Below are positions 30,602 through 40,377 of a stretch of DNA of 44,054 nt, piece after piece. The stretch lies in IMG/VR virus record IMGVR_UViG_3300029494_000008, one strand, 5' to 3'. This DNA is from a virus. Both the position numbers and the translations under genes were made by a program. The notes beneath the pieces are model-generated. The model searched no databases and had not been told where the DNA came from. It saw only the letters and a program-made list of their open reading frames with translations. Numbering within the stretch: the first letter of the stretch is position 1; each line of letters starts with the position of its first letter.

Positions 30602-32098
30602 GTGAGTTTCATTGACAGCATGATCGCGGCCGTGTCCCCAAAGAAAGCATACGAGCGGGAGGCGTGGCGCCAAGGGCTGGAGGCCATGCGCGGGTATGAC
30701 GCGGCCGGGTTCGGCCGGATCAATTCCGGGTGGAGGGCACACAACGAGAGCGCGGAGATCACAGACCGATACAGCCGGGACGTGGTACGCGCCCGCGCCC
30801 GGGACCTGGAGCGGAACAGCGACATTCTCCAGGCCGTGGTCCTGGCCTACAAGCGCAACGTGGTGGGAAAGGGCTTTACCCTCCGGGCAAGGACCGGGGA
30901 CGACGACCTGAACCGCCAGATCGAAAAACTGTGGCGTCAATGGTGCAAGGCCAGAAACTGCGACGTGACCGGGGAGCAATCCTTTACCGAGATCCTACGC
31001 ATGGCCGTGGAGCGCAAGAAGGTGGACGGCGGGATCCTGTTCCTGTTCCGCCACACCTCCGGCGGCGTGGTGCCGTTCAAGTTGCAGGCCATTGAGGTGG
31101 ACGAACTGGACGTGACACAGAGCGCCCCGCACCGGCAGGGAAACCGTGTCGTGGGCGGGATTGAATATAATTCCTGGCGCCGGCCGGTGGGCTACTGGAT
31201 CCAGCAATATGATCTGGAGGGGTGGCGCCTGCTGCAGCCGATCTACATTGACGCCAAGGACGCCTATTTCCTGAAATCGAAACGGCGGCCCAGCCAGATC
31301 CGGGAAATGTCGGATATGTCCCACACGATCACCAGGATCCGGGACGTGAACGAGTTTATAAACGCGGTATCCGTCAAGGAGCGGATCGCGGCCTGCCTGG
31401 CGGTGCTGATCAAAAAGACCATTCCGACCGGGACAAGCCTGGGGCGGTCCGGGGTTCGCGGGCCGGACGGCCGCGTGGACTACGCCGGCAAGAAACTGGG
31501 GCCGGGCATGATCATGGAAATGGGCGCTGGCGACGAGGCCCAGGTGGTGGATCCCAAGGGAGCGGCCACCGACGCCACCGCGTTCCTGAAAGTTCAGCAG
31601 GGACTGATCGGCGCGGGCCAGGGATTGAGTTATGAGGCGGTGTCCCGCGACATGAGCGGGTCCACCTACTCCTCCGCCCGGCAAAACGCCATCGAGGACG
31701 AGGACACATACGCGGAGGACACGGAACTGCTGACGGAGTTCATGTCCGAGGTGTACGAGCAATTTATTATTTCGTGTTATCTCTCCGGGGTGATCACCTT
31801 CCCCGGGTTTTGGGATAAAAAGGCGGAGTATATGGCCCATGACTGGGTGAAATCCCCGAAAAAGTGGATTGACCCGGCCAAGGAAAGCACCGCCGACAAA
31901 ACCGCCCTGCAGAGCGGGCAAAAGACCTACCAAGAGATCTGCGCCGAGCGGGGCAAGGACTGGCGCCAGGCCATCGACGAAACCGCCGAGGTCCTGGAGT
32001 ATGGCCGAGAAAAAGGCATTGAGATGGGAGGTGTAATTTTTGGAAATGGAACGGCAGCAGCCCAGCAGAACGCCGGAGGGCAACCGCCCCAGGGATAA
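30602..32098 (+). CDS. Portal protein, lambda family.
   Basis: 498 aa. Its position and size match the gpB family. Confidence 0.8.
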   Translation: MSFIDSMIAAVSPKKAYEREAWRQGLEAMRGYDAAGFGRINSGWRAHNESAEITDRYSRDVVRARARDLERNSDILQAVVLAYKRNVVGKGFTLRARTGDDDLNRQIEKLWRQWCKARNCDVTGEQSFTEILRMAVERKKVDGGILFLFRHTSGGVVPFKLQAIEVDELDVTQSAPHRQGNRVVGGIEYNSWRRPVGYWIQQYDLEGWRLLQPIYIDAKDAYFLKSKRRPSQIREMSDMSHTITRIRDVNEFINAVSVKERIAACLAVLIKKTIPTGTSLGRSGVRGPDGRVDYAGKKLGPGMIMEMGAGDEAQVVDPKGAATDATAFLKVQQGLIGAGQGLSYEAVSRDMSGSTYSSARQNAIEDEDTYAEDTELLTEFMSEVYEQFIISCYLSGVITFPGFWDKKAEYMAHDWVKSPKKWIDPAKESTADKTALQSGQKTYQEICAERGKDWRQAIDETAEVLEYGREKGIEMGGVIFGNGTAAAQQNAGGQPPQG

Positions 32099-32675
32099 GG
32101 ACCATGGCACCAGGAGCATGGGCCAGATCCTTTCCCGGGAGGACCAGCCCCAGGAGAGCAGACGCCGGACAATCAGTTTTTCCAGTGAGGAGCCATACCG
32201 GCGCTTTTTCGGCATGGAGATCCTGGACCACGGGGAGAACGCGGTGGACCTGTCCCGCCTGAACAGCGTGGGCGTTCTCCTGTTCAACCACAACACCGAC
32301 AAGGTGGTGGGAAAGGTGATCCGGGCCTGGGTGGAGAACCACCGGGGCATGGCAGAAGTGGAGTTCGACACGGACGACGACGCCGAAAAGATCTTCGGGA
32401 AAGTGCGGTCCGGCACACTGAAAACCACGTCCGTGCGGTACAGCGTGGACGCCTGGGAGGAAGTGGTGGCCGGGAAACAATCTGCGGATGGGCGATTTAC
32501 CGGCCCTTGCCAGATCGCCCGGAAGTGGACGCCGCTGGAGGTGTCCGTGGTGTCCGTGCCTGCGGATCCCACTGTGGGAGTGGGACGGGCCGACACGGGC
32601 CAGACGTGCGCCCCCCTCTCCGTGTATGAGCGACAGATCCAAGCAAACAAAAATCTGATTTTCAACAGGAGGTAA
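32040..32675 (+). CDS. Prohead protease, HK97 type.
   Basis: It follows the portal gene and has the pattern '...ISFSSEEPYRRFFGMEILDH...VLLFNHN...'. The start is uncertain: TTG at 32040 (8 nt after 'gggagg'), ATG at 32046 or ATG at 32118. Confidence 0.65.
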   Translation: MEMERQQPSRTPEGNRPRDKDHGTRSMGQILSREDQPQESRRRTISFSSEEPYRRFFGMEILDHGENAVDLSRLNSVGVLLFNHNTDKVVGKVIRAWVENHRGMAEVEFDTDDDAEKIFGKVRSGTLKTTSVRYSVDAWEEVVAGKQSADGRFTGPCQIARKWTPLEVSVVSVPADPTVGVGRADTGQTCAPLSVYERQIQANKNLIFNRR

Positions 32676-32683
32676 GAAAAACC

Positions 32684-34240
32684 ATGAATGAACTGCAGAA
32701 AGCCCTTGCCCGCCAGCAGGAACTTGTGACCCTGGCCCGCAACGAGGGCCGGGACCTGACCGCCGAGGAGCAGGCGGAGTTCGACCGCTGCCAGGCCGTG
32801 ATCGACGCCGGCAACGAGGGCGGAGAGGCCGGCGGCCAGCCCGCCGGCGGTGAGCGCGGCGCGGAGAACGGCGGCCAGGGCGCCCCGGCCGGCACCAACC
32901 AGCCCAGCGTGGCAGACACGCAGAGAGCGATCCAGGCGGAGCGCCAGCGCACCGCCGACATTATGGCCCTGTGCCGCCAGACCGGCATGGACGCGGAGGA
33001 GTATATCCGCAGCGGCGCCACCATGGACACCGTGCGGGCGGCGGCCGTGGACTTCCTGATCCAGCACAACGGCCCCGTGGGCGCCAGAATGTCCGACAAC
33101 AGCCGGGAGCAGGACAACTTCCGCCAGGCGGCCGTGGACGGCCTGCTTATGCGTAGCGGCATGGAGGTGGAGCGCCCCAGCGAGAACGCGGAGCAAATGC
33201 GCGGCCTGTCCCTGCGCGATCTGGCCATTGAGTGCATGGCCCGGGAGGGCCTGGGGACCACGGCCTCCCTTCTCCGTATGTCCAAGGACGACCTGTGGAA
33301 CATGGCCTGCCGCCAGTTCTTCAACCCCACGGCGGCCTTCCCCGCGATCCTGGACAACACGATCCGCAAGGCCATTGTGCAGAGATACCAGGCCGTCCCC
33401 ACCACCTTCCAGGTGTGGACCACCAAGGGCAGCGTGACCGACTTCAAGCCCACCAAGGATCACGAGTACCTGGCCGGCGGTGCCGGCGAGTTCCTGCGCG
33501 TGGGTGAGGGCGGCGAACTGAAACACGACACCCCGCAGACCGAACTTCTCCCCCAGCGCCAGGTGGCAACCTACGGCCGCCAGTTCTCCATGACCCGGGA
33601 GGCGTTTATCAACGACGACGTGGGCTTTATCACCCAGGTGCCCGGTATGTACGCGGCCTCCGCCAAGCGCACGATCAACAAGCAGGTGTATTCCATCCTG
33701 TTCAACAACCCCACGATCTTCGACGGTGTGGCCCTGTTCCACGCCAACCACAACAACCTGATCACCACCGGCGCGGCCCCGTCCATCGAAACCCTGCAGG
33801 CCATTATGATCAAACTGCTGAACCAGAAGGACCCCTTCGGGGACAGCATTATGGTGCAGCCCCGGTACATCATCGTGCCCGTGGGTTACGGGTTCCTTAT
33901 GTCGCAGATCCTGGAAACCGCGCAGATCGACGTGGACGGGATCGGCAGCCACACCGCAAACGCCCTGTATCAGTACCGGAACCGCCTGCAGGTGATCGAG
34001 GAGGGCACCCTGAACGCCCTGGCCGGTTCCAACGCGGTGCCCTGGTTCGTCGCGGGCGATCCCACCTATGCCCGTTCCATCCAGGTGGACTACCTGAACG
34101 GCCAGGAAACCCCGACCATTCGCCGCATGGAGGTGGCCGGCCAACTGGGCTATGTGTGGGACATTTGGCTGGACTGGGGTATCACCGCCGTGGACTTCCG
34201 TGGTATTGCCAAGAACCCCGGAACCACCATCACGCTGTAA
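32684..34240 (+). CDS. Major capsid protein with an N-terminal coiled-coil/linker (delta-like) region.
   Basis: 518 aa. It follows the protease gene, has a strong SD, and begins with a helical stretch plus a Gly-rich linker. Confidence 0.8.
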   Translation: MNELQKALARQQELVTLARNEGRDLTAEEQAEFDRCQAVIDAGNEGGEAGGQPAGGERGAENGGQGAPAGTNQPSVADTQRAIQAERQRTADIMALCRQTGMDAEEYIRSGATMDTVRAAAVDFLIQHNGPVGARMSDNSREQDNFRQAAVDGLLMRSGMEVERPSENAEQMRGLSLRDLAIECMAREGLGTTASLLRMSKDDLWNMACRQFFNPTAAFPAILDNTIRKAIVQRYQAVPTTFQVWTTKGSVTDFKPTKDHEYLAGGAGEFLRVGEGGELKHDTPQTELLPQRQVATYGRQFSMTREAFINDDVGFITQVPGMYAASAKRTINKQVYSILFNNPTIFDGVALFHANHNNLITTGAAPSIETLQAIMIKLLNQKDPFGDSIMVQPRYIIVPVGYGFLMSQILETAQIDVDGIGSHTANALYQYRNRLQVIEEGTLNALAGSNAVPWFVAGDPTYARSIQVDYLNGQETPTIRRMEVAGQLGYVWDIWLDWGITAVDFRGIAKNPGTTITL

Positions 34241-34263
34241 GGCAGTAAGGAGGTAAAACAGAT

Positions 34264-34596
34264 ATGAGCGCGAAATACTGGCAGAGAGGCGAAACCATCG
34301 ACTACACCCCCACCGACGACCTGGCAAACGGTGACGTGGTGGACCTGGCCACCCGGATCGGCGTGGCTGGGAACGACATTCCGGCCGGCGAAACCGGCGC
34401 GGTCCACGTCGTGGGCGTGTTCGAGATCCCCAAGGCCACCGGCGCCGTCACGGTGGGCCAGGCCCTTTACTGGGACAAGGCGGCGGAAAACATCACCACC
34501 GCAGCGGGCAGCAGCCCGGCGAACACCCCGGCAGGCTGGGCCGTGGCGGCGGCCGGGTCCAGTGACGCCACGGTGCTGGTGAAACTGCTGGGCTAA
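34264..34596 (+). CDS. DUF2190-family head decoration / capsid-associated protein.
   Basis: 110 aa with '...VVGVFEIPKATGAVTVGQALYWD...', typical of DUF2190. It lies directly after the capsid gene. Confidence 0.6.
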   Translation: MSAKYWQRGETIDYTPTDDLANGDVVDLATRIGVAGNDIPAGETGAVHVVGVFEIPKATGAVTVGQALYWDKAAENITTAAGSSPANTPAGWAVAAAGSSDATVLVKLLG

Positions 34597-34610
34597 AGGA
34601 GGGCCAGGCC

Positions 34611-35084
34611 ATGAAAGGATTGATTGCAAAGCGGCCGATCCTGTACCGGGGCCGTATGTATCGGGACGGGGAGAACCTGCCCGGCGACGACACCAGAATG
34701 GTGGCCGCGTGGCTGGAAAATGACAGCGCGGAACTGTGCGGAGCGGAACAGGACACCGCCATGGGAGGCCGGGAGGAGGCCCAGGAGCCGCCCAGGGGGC
34801 CGGAGAACACCCCGGAGGTATCCGGGGATACCGAGGGCCAGGGAGCGGCAGACGGCGGCCAGGAGGCCCGGGAACAGGCCGGAGAGGGCGAAACCGGAGG
34901 CATGATCGCCGGGCACCTGGATCCCAAAGACCTGGAGGGCCTGAAAAAGGCTGACCTGGAGCGCATGGCCAACGATATGGGCCTGGATATTTCCAAGGCC
35001 AAGACCAAGGCGGACCTGATCGCCGCGATCACGGCGGCGGAAGTCTACGCCCCCGCAGAGGATGAAAACGGGGGTGCCCTGTAA
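34611..35084 (+). CDS. Hypothetical head-associated protein with an acidic linker and a C-terminal HeH/SAP-like motif.
   Basis: The motif is 'LKKADLERMANDMGLDISKAKTKADLIAAI'. Confidence 0.55.
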   Translation: MKGLIAKRPILYRGRMYRDGENLPGDDTRMVAAWLENDSAELCGAEQDTAMGGREEAQEPPRGPENTPEVSGDTEGQGAADGGQEAREQAGEGETGGMIAGHLDPKDLEGLKKADLERMANDMGLDISKAKTKADLIAAITAAEVYAPAEDENGGAL

Positions 35085-35419
35085 TGGGCGCCCCCTCCTT
35101 CAAGGACTGCGTGGCGGCGGATATTCACGGAGTATTCCTGAATACCCAGGAATTTGCAGACACACATACCATCGACGGCCGGAAAATGGACGCGGTGGTG
35201 GACGACGACGCCCTGCTGGAGCGGGACGCAGCCCGGGGAGGCGTCCACACGGATGGGACATACCGGACGCGGCGCCTGCTGTATGTGGATAAGACCGACT
35301 ACGGTGGGCGGCCCATGTCGGGCAAGATCCTGAACCTGGACGGCCGGGAGTATCGCGTGGTACAGGCAGACGAGGCGGCCGGCGTCCTGACCATTGAAAT
35401 CGAGGCGATCCGCACATGA
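35084..35419 (+). CDS. Head-tail connector / head closure protein candidate.
   Basis: 111 aa in the neck-module position, with a TAATG overlap with the upstream gene. Confidence 0.45.
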   Translation: MGAPSFKDCVAADIHGVFLNTQEFADTHTIDGRKMDAVVDDDALLERDAARGGVHTDGTYRTRRLLYVDKTDYGGRPMSGKILNLDGREYRVVQADEAAGVLTIEIEAIRT

Positions 35420-36063
35420 TCCATATCGAGGTTGACACCCAGGCCGAAATCGTGAGGATCGGCCAGCGACTGGAGCGCCTGGCGTTCCAGGCCCCGGACA
35501 TTCTCCGCCTGTCCATCAATGCGGCGGCCCGCAAGGTCCGAAAGCAGATCACCAAGGACGCGGCCGAAACCTACACCATCGACGAAAGCATACTGAAAGA
35601 CCGGAGCAAGGGCGCTCCAAAGGTACAGACGGCAAAGCCGGGAAATATTGAGGCCGTGATCCGGTCCAAAGGCCCGGTAAACGATCTGATCGACTTCCTT
35701 GTGAGGCCGGGGAGCGACGGCGCAAAGGCCAAGGTGCTGAAATCCGGCGGCATGAAACCGCTGGAACGCGGCGGCGCAAAAGCCTTTATCGGAAGGTTCC
35801 AGAGCGGCCATACCGCCGTTTTGCAACGGCAGATCCGGCAAACCTACACCGTGGGCGGCGCGGCGGACCGTATCAAAAAATACGGATACCCAAGCGGGGG
35901 CCAATGGCCGGACATGACCAGGATCAAGAAACTGCTGGGGCCGTCTGTACCAAGTATGCTGGGAAACGAGGAAATCCAAGAAAAAACCAGGACCATGCTT
36001 TACACGGTCCTGGACCAGGAGATCGAAAAACGGATCAATAAGGCGATCCGGCAAAGCGCCTGA
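35416..36063 (+). CDS. Neck / tail completion protein candidate (gpZ-like).
   Basis: 215 aa. It is the last gene of the head-neck operon before the inverted gene. Confidence 0.4.
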   Translation: MIHIEVDTQAEIVRIGQRLERLAFQAPDILRLSINAAARKVRKQITKDAAETYTIDESILKDRSKGAPKVQTAKPGNIEAVIRSKGPVNDLIDFLVRPGSDGAKAKVLKSGGMKPLERGGAKAFIGRFQSGHTAVLQRQIRQTYTVGGAADRIKKYGYPSGGQWPDMTRIKKLLGPSVPSMLGNEEIQEKTRTMLYTVLDQEIEKRINKAIRQSA

Positions 36064-37134
36064 TCACCCCGCATGAGAGCGGAGAAACGAGCGGGCGGCC
36101 CGATACGCCGGGGACCCCTTAACCGGCTGGAGCAATTCGCGGGGCGACAGTTCGCTGGCCCATTCGGCGCCGGCGGAGGCGTCCGAAAAGGCGTAGCAAA
36201 CCGCGTCCACCGGGTCCGTGGGTGCGTCCACCAATGAGGAACCGGCGTCAAAAAGCCGGACAGAGGCGGCGTACAAGGCCAGAACATCACGCGGGGAGAG
36301 TTTTTCAAACAAAAGGAAAGACAGATCCCAGGCGGAGGACAGGAGAGAAACCCGGAGGCGCTTTCCGGTAACGAACTGGAGCAGGCCCACCGGGATCCCC
36401 GTGGCGTCCTCCCTATCATAGCGGGAAAGCACAGCGCCGGCGTCCTTTTCGTCGAAATCCGGGGCAAATGTCACCTGATATTCAGCGGCAAAGGCTTTCT
36501 GCCTTTCACTGACGGGGTGCATATTTTGCGCCGCCATGTCGAGCGGGAGGACCTCCACCGGATCGGCCAGGCCAATTTCGCGGGCGGCGGCCACGGCGTC
36601 CTCCTCCCCGCAGGCGGAAACTGTACGCTTGTTTTTCCGGCCCGTTTCAGGGTTCACGCCGCGCACATCGTAGCGAAAAACCCCGTTTGAGTAACCGGAG
36701 GCGGGGCGGGGTATGACGCCATCGGCGCAGGCCACGTCCAGCCAGGAGGCCCAATAGTCCGCCGGAGTGTATCCGAGAAAAGCCGCCAAAGCGTATATGT
36801 GCTTGCACGGCAGGCCGCGCTCCTGGAAATCCGGGCAGGTGCAGCGATCCAGCGAAACCGTATAAACGCGGTCCAGCCGGCCCTGAACCTTCACAGCCCC
36901 GGCCTTTGCGTCGCAATCCAAAACCTTTGTACGTTCTCCACCCTTTGAAAAAACGGAGAGCGGGCGGGCGGCGGCGCGTCCAAAGCGGGCGTATTGCCCC
37001 GGGGCGGCGTGTACTGACGGATCCCAGGGACCAAACAAGGGGCCGCCGGAATAGTTGAACCCACCACGGGCGCCGGCGGCGGAAGGAGCGGGCCTATCAG
37101 TTTTCGGAAGGAACTTCCGCAGAAAATCAAGCAT
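36064..37134 (-). CDS. SWIM zinc-finger protein encoded on the opposite strand inside the structural module.
   Basis: 356 aa with a normal composition. 'CTCPDFQERGLPCKHIYA' is the CxCxnCxH SWIM signature. It has its own promoter and SD. Confidence 0.7.
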   Translation of the reverse strand: MLDFLRKFLPKTDRPAPSAAGARGGFNYSGGPLFGPWDPSVHAAPGQYARFGRAAARPLSVFSKGGERTKVLDCDAKAGAVKVQGRLDRVYTVSLDRCTCPDFQERGLPCKHIYALAAFLGYTPADYWASWLDVACADGVIPRPASGYSNGVFRYDVRGVNPETGRKNKRTVSACGEEDAVAAAREIGLADPVEVLPLDMAAQNMHPVSERQKAFAAEYQVTFAPDFDEKDAGAVLSRYDREDATGIPVGLLQFVTGKRLRVSLLSSAWDLSFLLFEKLSPRDVLALYAASVRLFDAGSSLVDAPTDPVDAVCYAFSDASAGAEWASELSPRELLQPVKGSPAYRAARSFLRSHAG

Positions 37135-37157
37135 TTTTTACACCCCTTTATGCCGTG

Positions 37158-37202
37158 TATTACCACGATTTTCAGACTATTACCACAACATGAATTTACC
37201 AC
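37158..37202. promoter_or_regulatory. Three direct repeats of (T)ATTACCAC at 37158-37166 and 37178-37186, with a variant ATTTACCAC at 37194-37202. They are candidate regulator-binding sites.
   Basis: Read directly from the sequence. They overlap the -10 box and the 5' UTR of the SWIM gene. Confidence 0.5.
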
Positions 37203-37222
37203 AAAAAGCGCCGAAAAGTCAA
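37193..37222 (-). promoter_or_regulatory. Promoter for the SWIM gene: TTGACT, 18-nt spacer, TGgTAAATT (extended -10) on the minus strand.
   Basis: -35 is the complement of 37217-37222 and -10 is the complement of 37193-37198. Confidence 0.5.
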
Positions 37223-37250
37223 GGAGGCGAACACCACGACACCGGAATTT

Positions 37251-37748
37251 TTGCAGGACGCCATCGTGGCGGACCTGGCGGACCTGTTCGAGGGGCAGAC
37301 CCTCCCCAGTTCTGCCGGGGACCGGCGGCCGATCCGGGTTTACTCCCAGGACCTCCCGATCATTGAGGGGCTGGACGAAACCGAGGACCGGACCGAGGAG
37401 ATACCGGAACCGTATATCATCGTGCGGACCAATGAGGGAAACATTCCAGACGCCAACAGCGCCCAGGAGATCGACCTGATCCTGGTGGTATGCACCTATG
37501 ACCGGAACCCGAACCGACAGGGATACAGGGACGTGCTGCACATCATCCAGGAGATCTACGGGAGGTACGCCAAAAATCCGCTGGTGCGGATCAAGGCGGA
37601 CAGCGGCGGCGCGAGAGGCGGCCCGTGGTCCGTCAAGTACCCGATCAAGTGGGTTACACAGCAAGAGGACACCCACCCCTATTATTTCGGGGCCATGTCG
37701 CTGAAATTTGAGGCGCCAGCGGTGCGCCAGGAGGTGCCATTCACATGA
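37251..37748 (+). CDS. Tail-module protein, possibly tail completion or sheath-associated.
   Basis: 165-aa ORF preceding the sheath gene. The only in-frame start is the TTG at 37251 (or the GTG at 37266), and there is no properly spaced SD. Confidence 0.5.
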   Translation: MQDAIVADLADLFEGQTLPSSAGDRRPIRVYSQDLPIIEGLDETEDRTEEIPEPYIIVRTNEGNIPDANSAQEIDLILVVCTYDRNPNRQGYRDVLHIIQEIYGRYAKNPLVRIKADSGGARGGPWSVKYPIKWVTQQEDTHPYYFGAMSLKFEAPAVRQEVPFT

Positions 37749-38005
37749 CCAAGAGAACAACCAGAAAGGCGGCGGAGGCCGCCGGCACGGTGGTGTACTG
37801 CGGCCCGTCCATCAAGGGCGTGGCCAAACAGTTCACCGCCTACAACAACGGGATCCCGGAGGGGCTGAAAGCGGCGACCGAGAAAAACAAGGTCCTGGCC
37901 GCCCTGATCGTCCCCCTGGAGGACCTGCCGGAGGCCATGCGCCAGTTGCGCCAGAAATCCGGCCGTATCCACACCCTGTATAAAGCCGTACAGGGCAGAA
38001 CCTAA
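37745..38005 (+). CDS. Hypothetical small tail-module protein.
   Basis: 86 aa with an ATGA overlap with the upstream gene. Confidence 0.5.
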   Translation: MTKRTTRKAAEAAGTVVYCGPSIKGVAKQFTAYNNGIPEGLKAATEKNKVLAALIVPLEDLPEAMRQLRQKSGRIHTLYKAVQGRT

Positions 38006-38020
38006 AGGGAGGGATCAACT

Positions 38021-39493
38021 ATGCCTTATAATCACGGCGTTTACAACCAGGAGCAGGAAACCAGCCTGACCACACCGATCCAGGGGACGGCGGGCCTGCA
38101 GGTCATCTTCGGAACCGCTCCGATCCACCTGGCGGCGGATCCGGCGGCGGCCGTCAACAAGCCCGTGGTGTGCTATTCCTTCGCGGAGTGCCAGCAGGCC
38201 ATGGGCTATTCGGACGACTTCGAGAACTTCACGATTTGCCAGAGCATGGACGCCTGTTTCCGCGTGTTCAACGTGGCGCCCATTATCCTGGTGAATGTGC
38301 TGGACCCCAGCAAGAGCAGCCATACCACGCAGAACGCGGAGGAGGAGTGCGCCGTGGCGGACGGTGCCGTGGCCTACGCAAAGCAGTTTGTCCTCCTGGA
38401 CACCATCGTGGTCAAGAACGCGGACGCCACCCTGGTGGCCGGCAGCGACTACGTGGCCACCCACGCGGAGGACGGTACGGTGACGATCACCATCCTGTCC
38501 GAGGCCGCCAAGGAGGCGGAAACCCTGAAAGTGGCCAGCACCAGCCTGAAACCGGACGGCGTGACGGCGGCGGACATTGTGGGCGGCGTGGACGCCCTGA
38601 CCGGGAAGGAAACCGGCCTGGAACTGGTGCGCCAGATCTATCCCCGTTTCGGCATGACGCCCGGGATCCTGCTGGCCCCCGGATGGAGCCACAACCCCAC
38701 CGTGGCGGCGGCCCTCCAGGCCAAGACCGAGGGGATCAACGGGAACTTCGACTGCGTGACCTACCTGGACATTTCCACGGACCCGGAGGAGGACGGTGCA
38801 GAGGTTTACACCGACGTGAAAACCGCCAAGGAGGCCCTGGGCGCCACCTCTCCCCACGCGGCGGCCCTGTGGCCCATGGGCGCGGTGGGCGACAAGGTTT
38901 ATTACCTGTCCGCCATGTTTGCCGCCCTGACGGCCTACACGGACGCCGGCAACAGCGACGTGCCCTATGAAAGCCCGTCCAACAAGGATTTGAAGATCAC
39001 CAAAACCGTGCTGAAAGACGGAACGGAGGTCCTGCTGGACCAGCAGCAGGCCAACGACCTGCTGAACGCCAACGGCGTGATCACCGCCATCAACGCAAAC
39101 GGGTACAAAGCCTGGGGCAACAACACGGCGGCCTATCCCTCCACCACTGACCCCAAGGATCGGTGGCTGGCGGTGCGGCGGTTCTTCGACTGGGACGGCA
39201 ACAACTTTATTTTGACCTACTTCCAGAAGGTGGACAAGCCGGGCAACACCAGACTGATCCAATCCATCGTGGACAGCCAGAACATCATCGGTAACGGGTA
39301 CGTGGCCCGGGACTACTGCGCCGGATACCGGACCGAGTTCAAGAGCGACGAAAACCCGATCACCAACCTGCTGGACGGCCACCTGACTGTCCACACCTAC
39401 CTGGCGCCCTATATCCCGGCGGAGTACATCGAGAATATCAGAGAATACGACACGGAGGCCCTGGAGGCCGCCCTGACTGGTGGAGGTGAATAA
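38021..39493 (+). CDS. Tail sheath protein.
   Basis: 490 aa. 'MPYNHGVYNQEQETS...FGTAP' is a typical sheath N-terminus. It is followed by the tube gene. Confidence 0.85.
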   Translation: MPYNHGVYNQEQETSLTTPIQGTAGLQVIFGTAPIHLAADPAAAVNKPVVCYSFAECQQAMGYSDDFENFTICQSMDACFRVFNVAPIILVNVLDPSKSSHTTQNAEEECAVADGAVAYAKQFVLLDTIVVKNADATLVAGSDYVATHAEDGTVTITILSEAAKEAETLKVASTSLKPDGVTAADIVGGVDALTGKETGLELVRQIYPRFGMTPGILLAPGWSHNPTVAAALQAKTEGINGNFDCVTYLDISTDPEEDGAEVYTDVKTAKEALGATSPHAAALWPMGAVGDKVYYLSAMFAALTAYTDAGNSDVPYESPSNKDLKITKTVLKDGTEVLLDQQQANDLLNANGVITAINANGYKAWGNNTAAYPSTTDPKDRWLAVRRFFDWDGNNFILTYFQKVDKPGNTRLIQSIVDSQNIIGNGYVARDYCAGYRTEFKSDENPITNLLDGHLTVHTYLAPYIPAEYIENIREYDTEALEAALTGGGE

Positions 39494-39496
39494 ACC

Positions 39497-40018
39497 ATGA
39501 GCGTTCCCAATATTCCCAGCAAAATCAATAGTTACAACGTCTACAACGACGCGGAGCGCCTGATCGGCGTGGGCGATGAAGTCACCCTGCCGGACTTCGA
39601 GGCCATGGCGGAAACCATTTCCGGCGCCGGGATCCTGGGCGAACTGGACGACCCCACCGTGGGCCATTTCTCCAACATGGAAATGGAGATCCCCTTCCGC
39701 GTCCTGGACCGCGAGGCCACCGATATGCTGGACATGACCAAGGCGGTGCGACTGACCCTCCGGGCGGCCCAGCAGGCGCTGACCGTGGAGGGTGACACGG
39801 AATTTCGGTCCATGCGCGTGGTGGTGCGCGGCAAAAGCGCCACCCTGGCCATGGGTAGCGTACAGAACGCCAACCCCATGGAAAGCAGCGTGACCCTGAA
39901 TGTGTCCTATATCCTGATCGAGGTAGACGGCACCACCCTGGTAGAACTGGACAAGATCAACCCGACCTTCAAGGTGAACGGCGTTGACCTGCTGCAGAAA
40001 GTGAGGGAAATGACCTAA
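39497..40018 (+). CDS. Tail tube protein (P2 FII-like).
   Basis: 173 aa, lying between the sheath and chaperone genes. Confidence 0.8.
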   Translation: MSVPNIPSKINSYNVYNDAERLIGVGDEVTLPDFEAMAETISGAGILGELDDPTVGHFSNMEMEIPFRVLDREATDMLDMTKAVRLTLRAAQQALTVEGDTEFRSMRVVVRGKSATLAMGSVQNANPMESSVTLNVSYILIEVDGTTLVELDKINPTFKVNGVDLLQKVREMT

Positions 40019-40377
40019 TGAGCAACAGCACCGAGAACACGGCCGCCCTGGGCGCGGCGGAGCAGGAAACCGAGGAGGAAAGCCTGGTCCTGAAATTCCG
40101 AAAGCCCTACAAGTTCGAGGGACAGGAATACACCGAGGTGGACCTGTCCGGCATGGAGGACATGACGGCCGGGGACCTGTGCGCCGTGGCCAAACTGGCC
40201 AACCGGGAACTGGGCGTGACGCCGATCCCGGAAATGACCCTGCCTTATGCCATGTATATGGCGGCCAGGGCCAGCCACAAGCCCGTGGAGTTCTTCAAGG
40301 GCATGCCCCCGGTGGAGGCCATGAAGTTGAAAAACCTGGTCACGGGTTTTCTGTACGGCGGGGATGGAGAGGAATAA
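40018..40377 (+). CDS. Tail assembly chaperone (gpE/gpG-like), the 0-frame product.
   Basis: 119 aa and acidic. It lies immediately upstream of the tape measure gene. Confidence 0.7.
   Translation: MSNSTENTAALGAAEQETEEESLVLKFRKPYKFEGQEYTEVDLSGMEDMTAGDLCAVAKLANRELGVTPIPEMTLPYAMYMAARASHKPVEFFKGMPPVEAMKLKNLVTGFLYGGDGEE

Noticed and set aside
30995-34327. Very long minus-strand ORFs: 1110 aa at 30995..34327, 724 aa at 4537..6711, 699 aa at 22313..24412, 550 aa at 38015..39667, 501 aa at 2950..4455, 490 aa at 25530..27002, and others.
   Set aside because: They lie antisense to + strand genes with clear family signatures. Their translations are low-complexity and rich in Arg, Gly, Pro, His and Val. 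They lack SD sequences. They are typical stop-poor antisense frames of GC-rich DNA.
37221-37227. Strong 'aaggagg' as the ribosome-binding site of the tail gene at 37251.
   Set aside because: No ATG, GTG or TTG lies within 5-13 nt downstream in any frame. The string is largely the complement flank of the minus-strand -35 box (cctccTTGACT). The start of the 37251 gene is therefore left uncertain.
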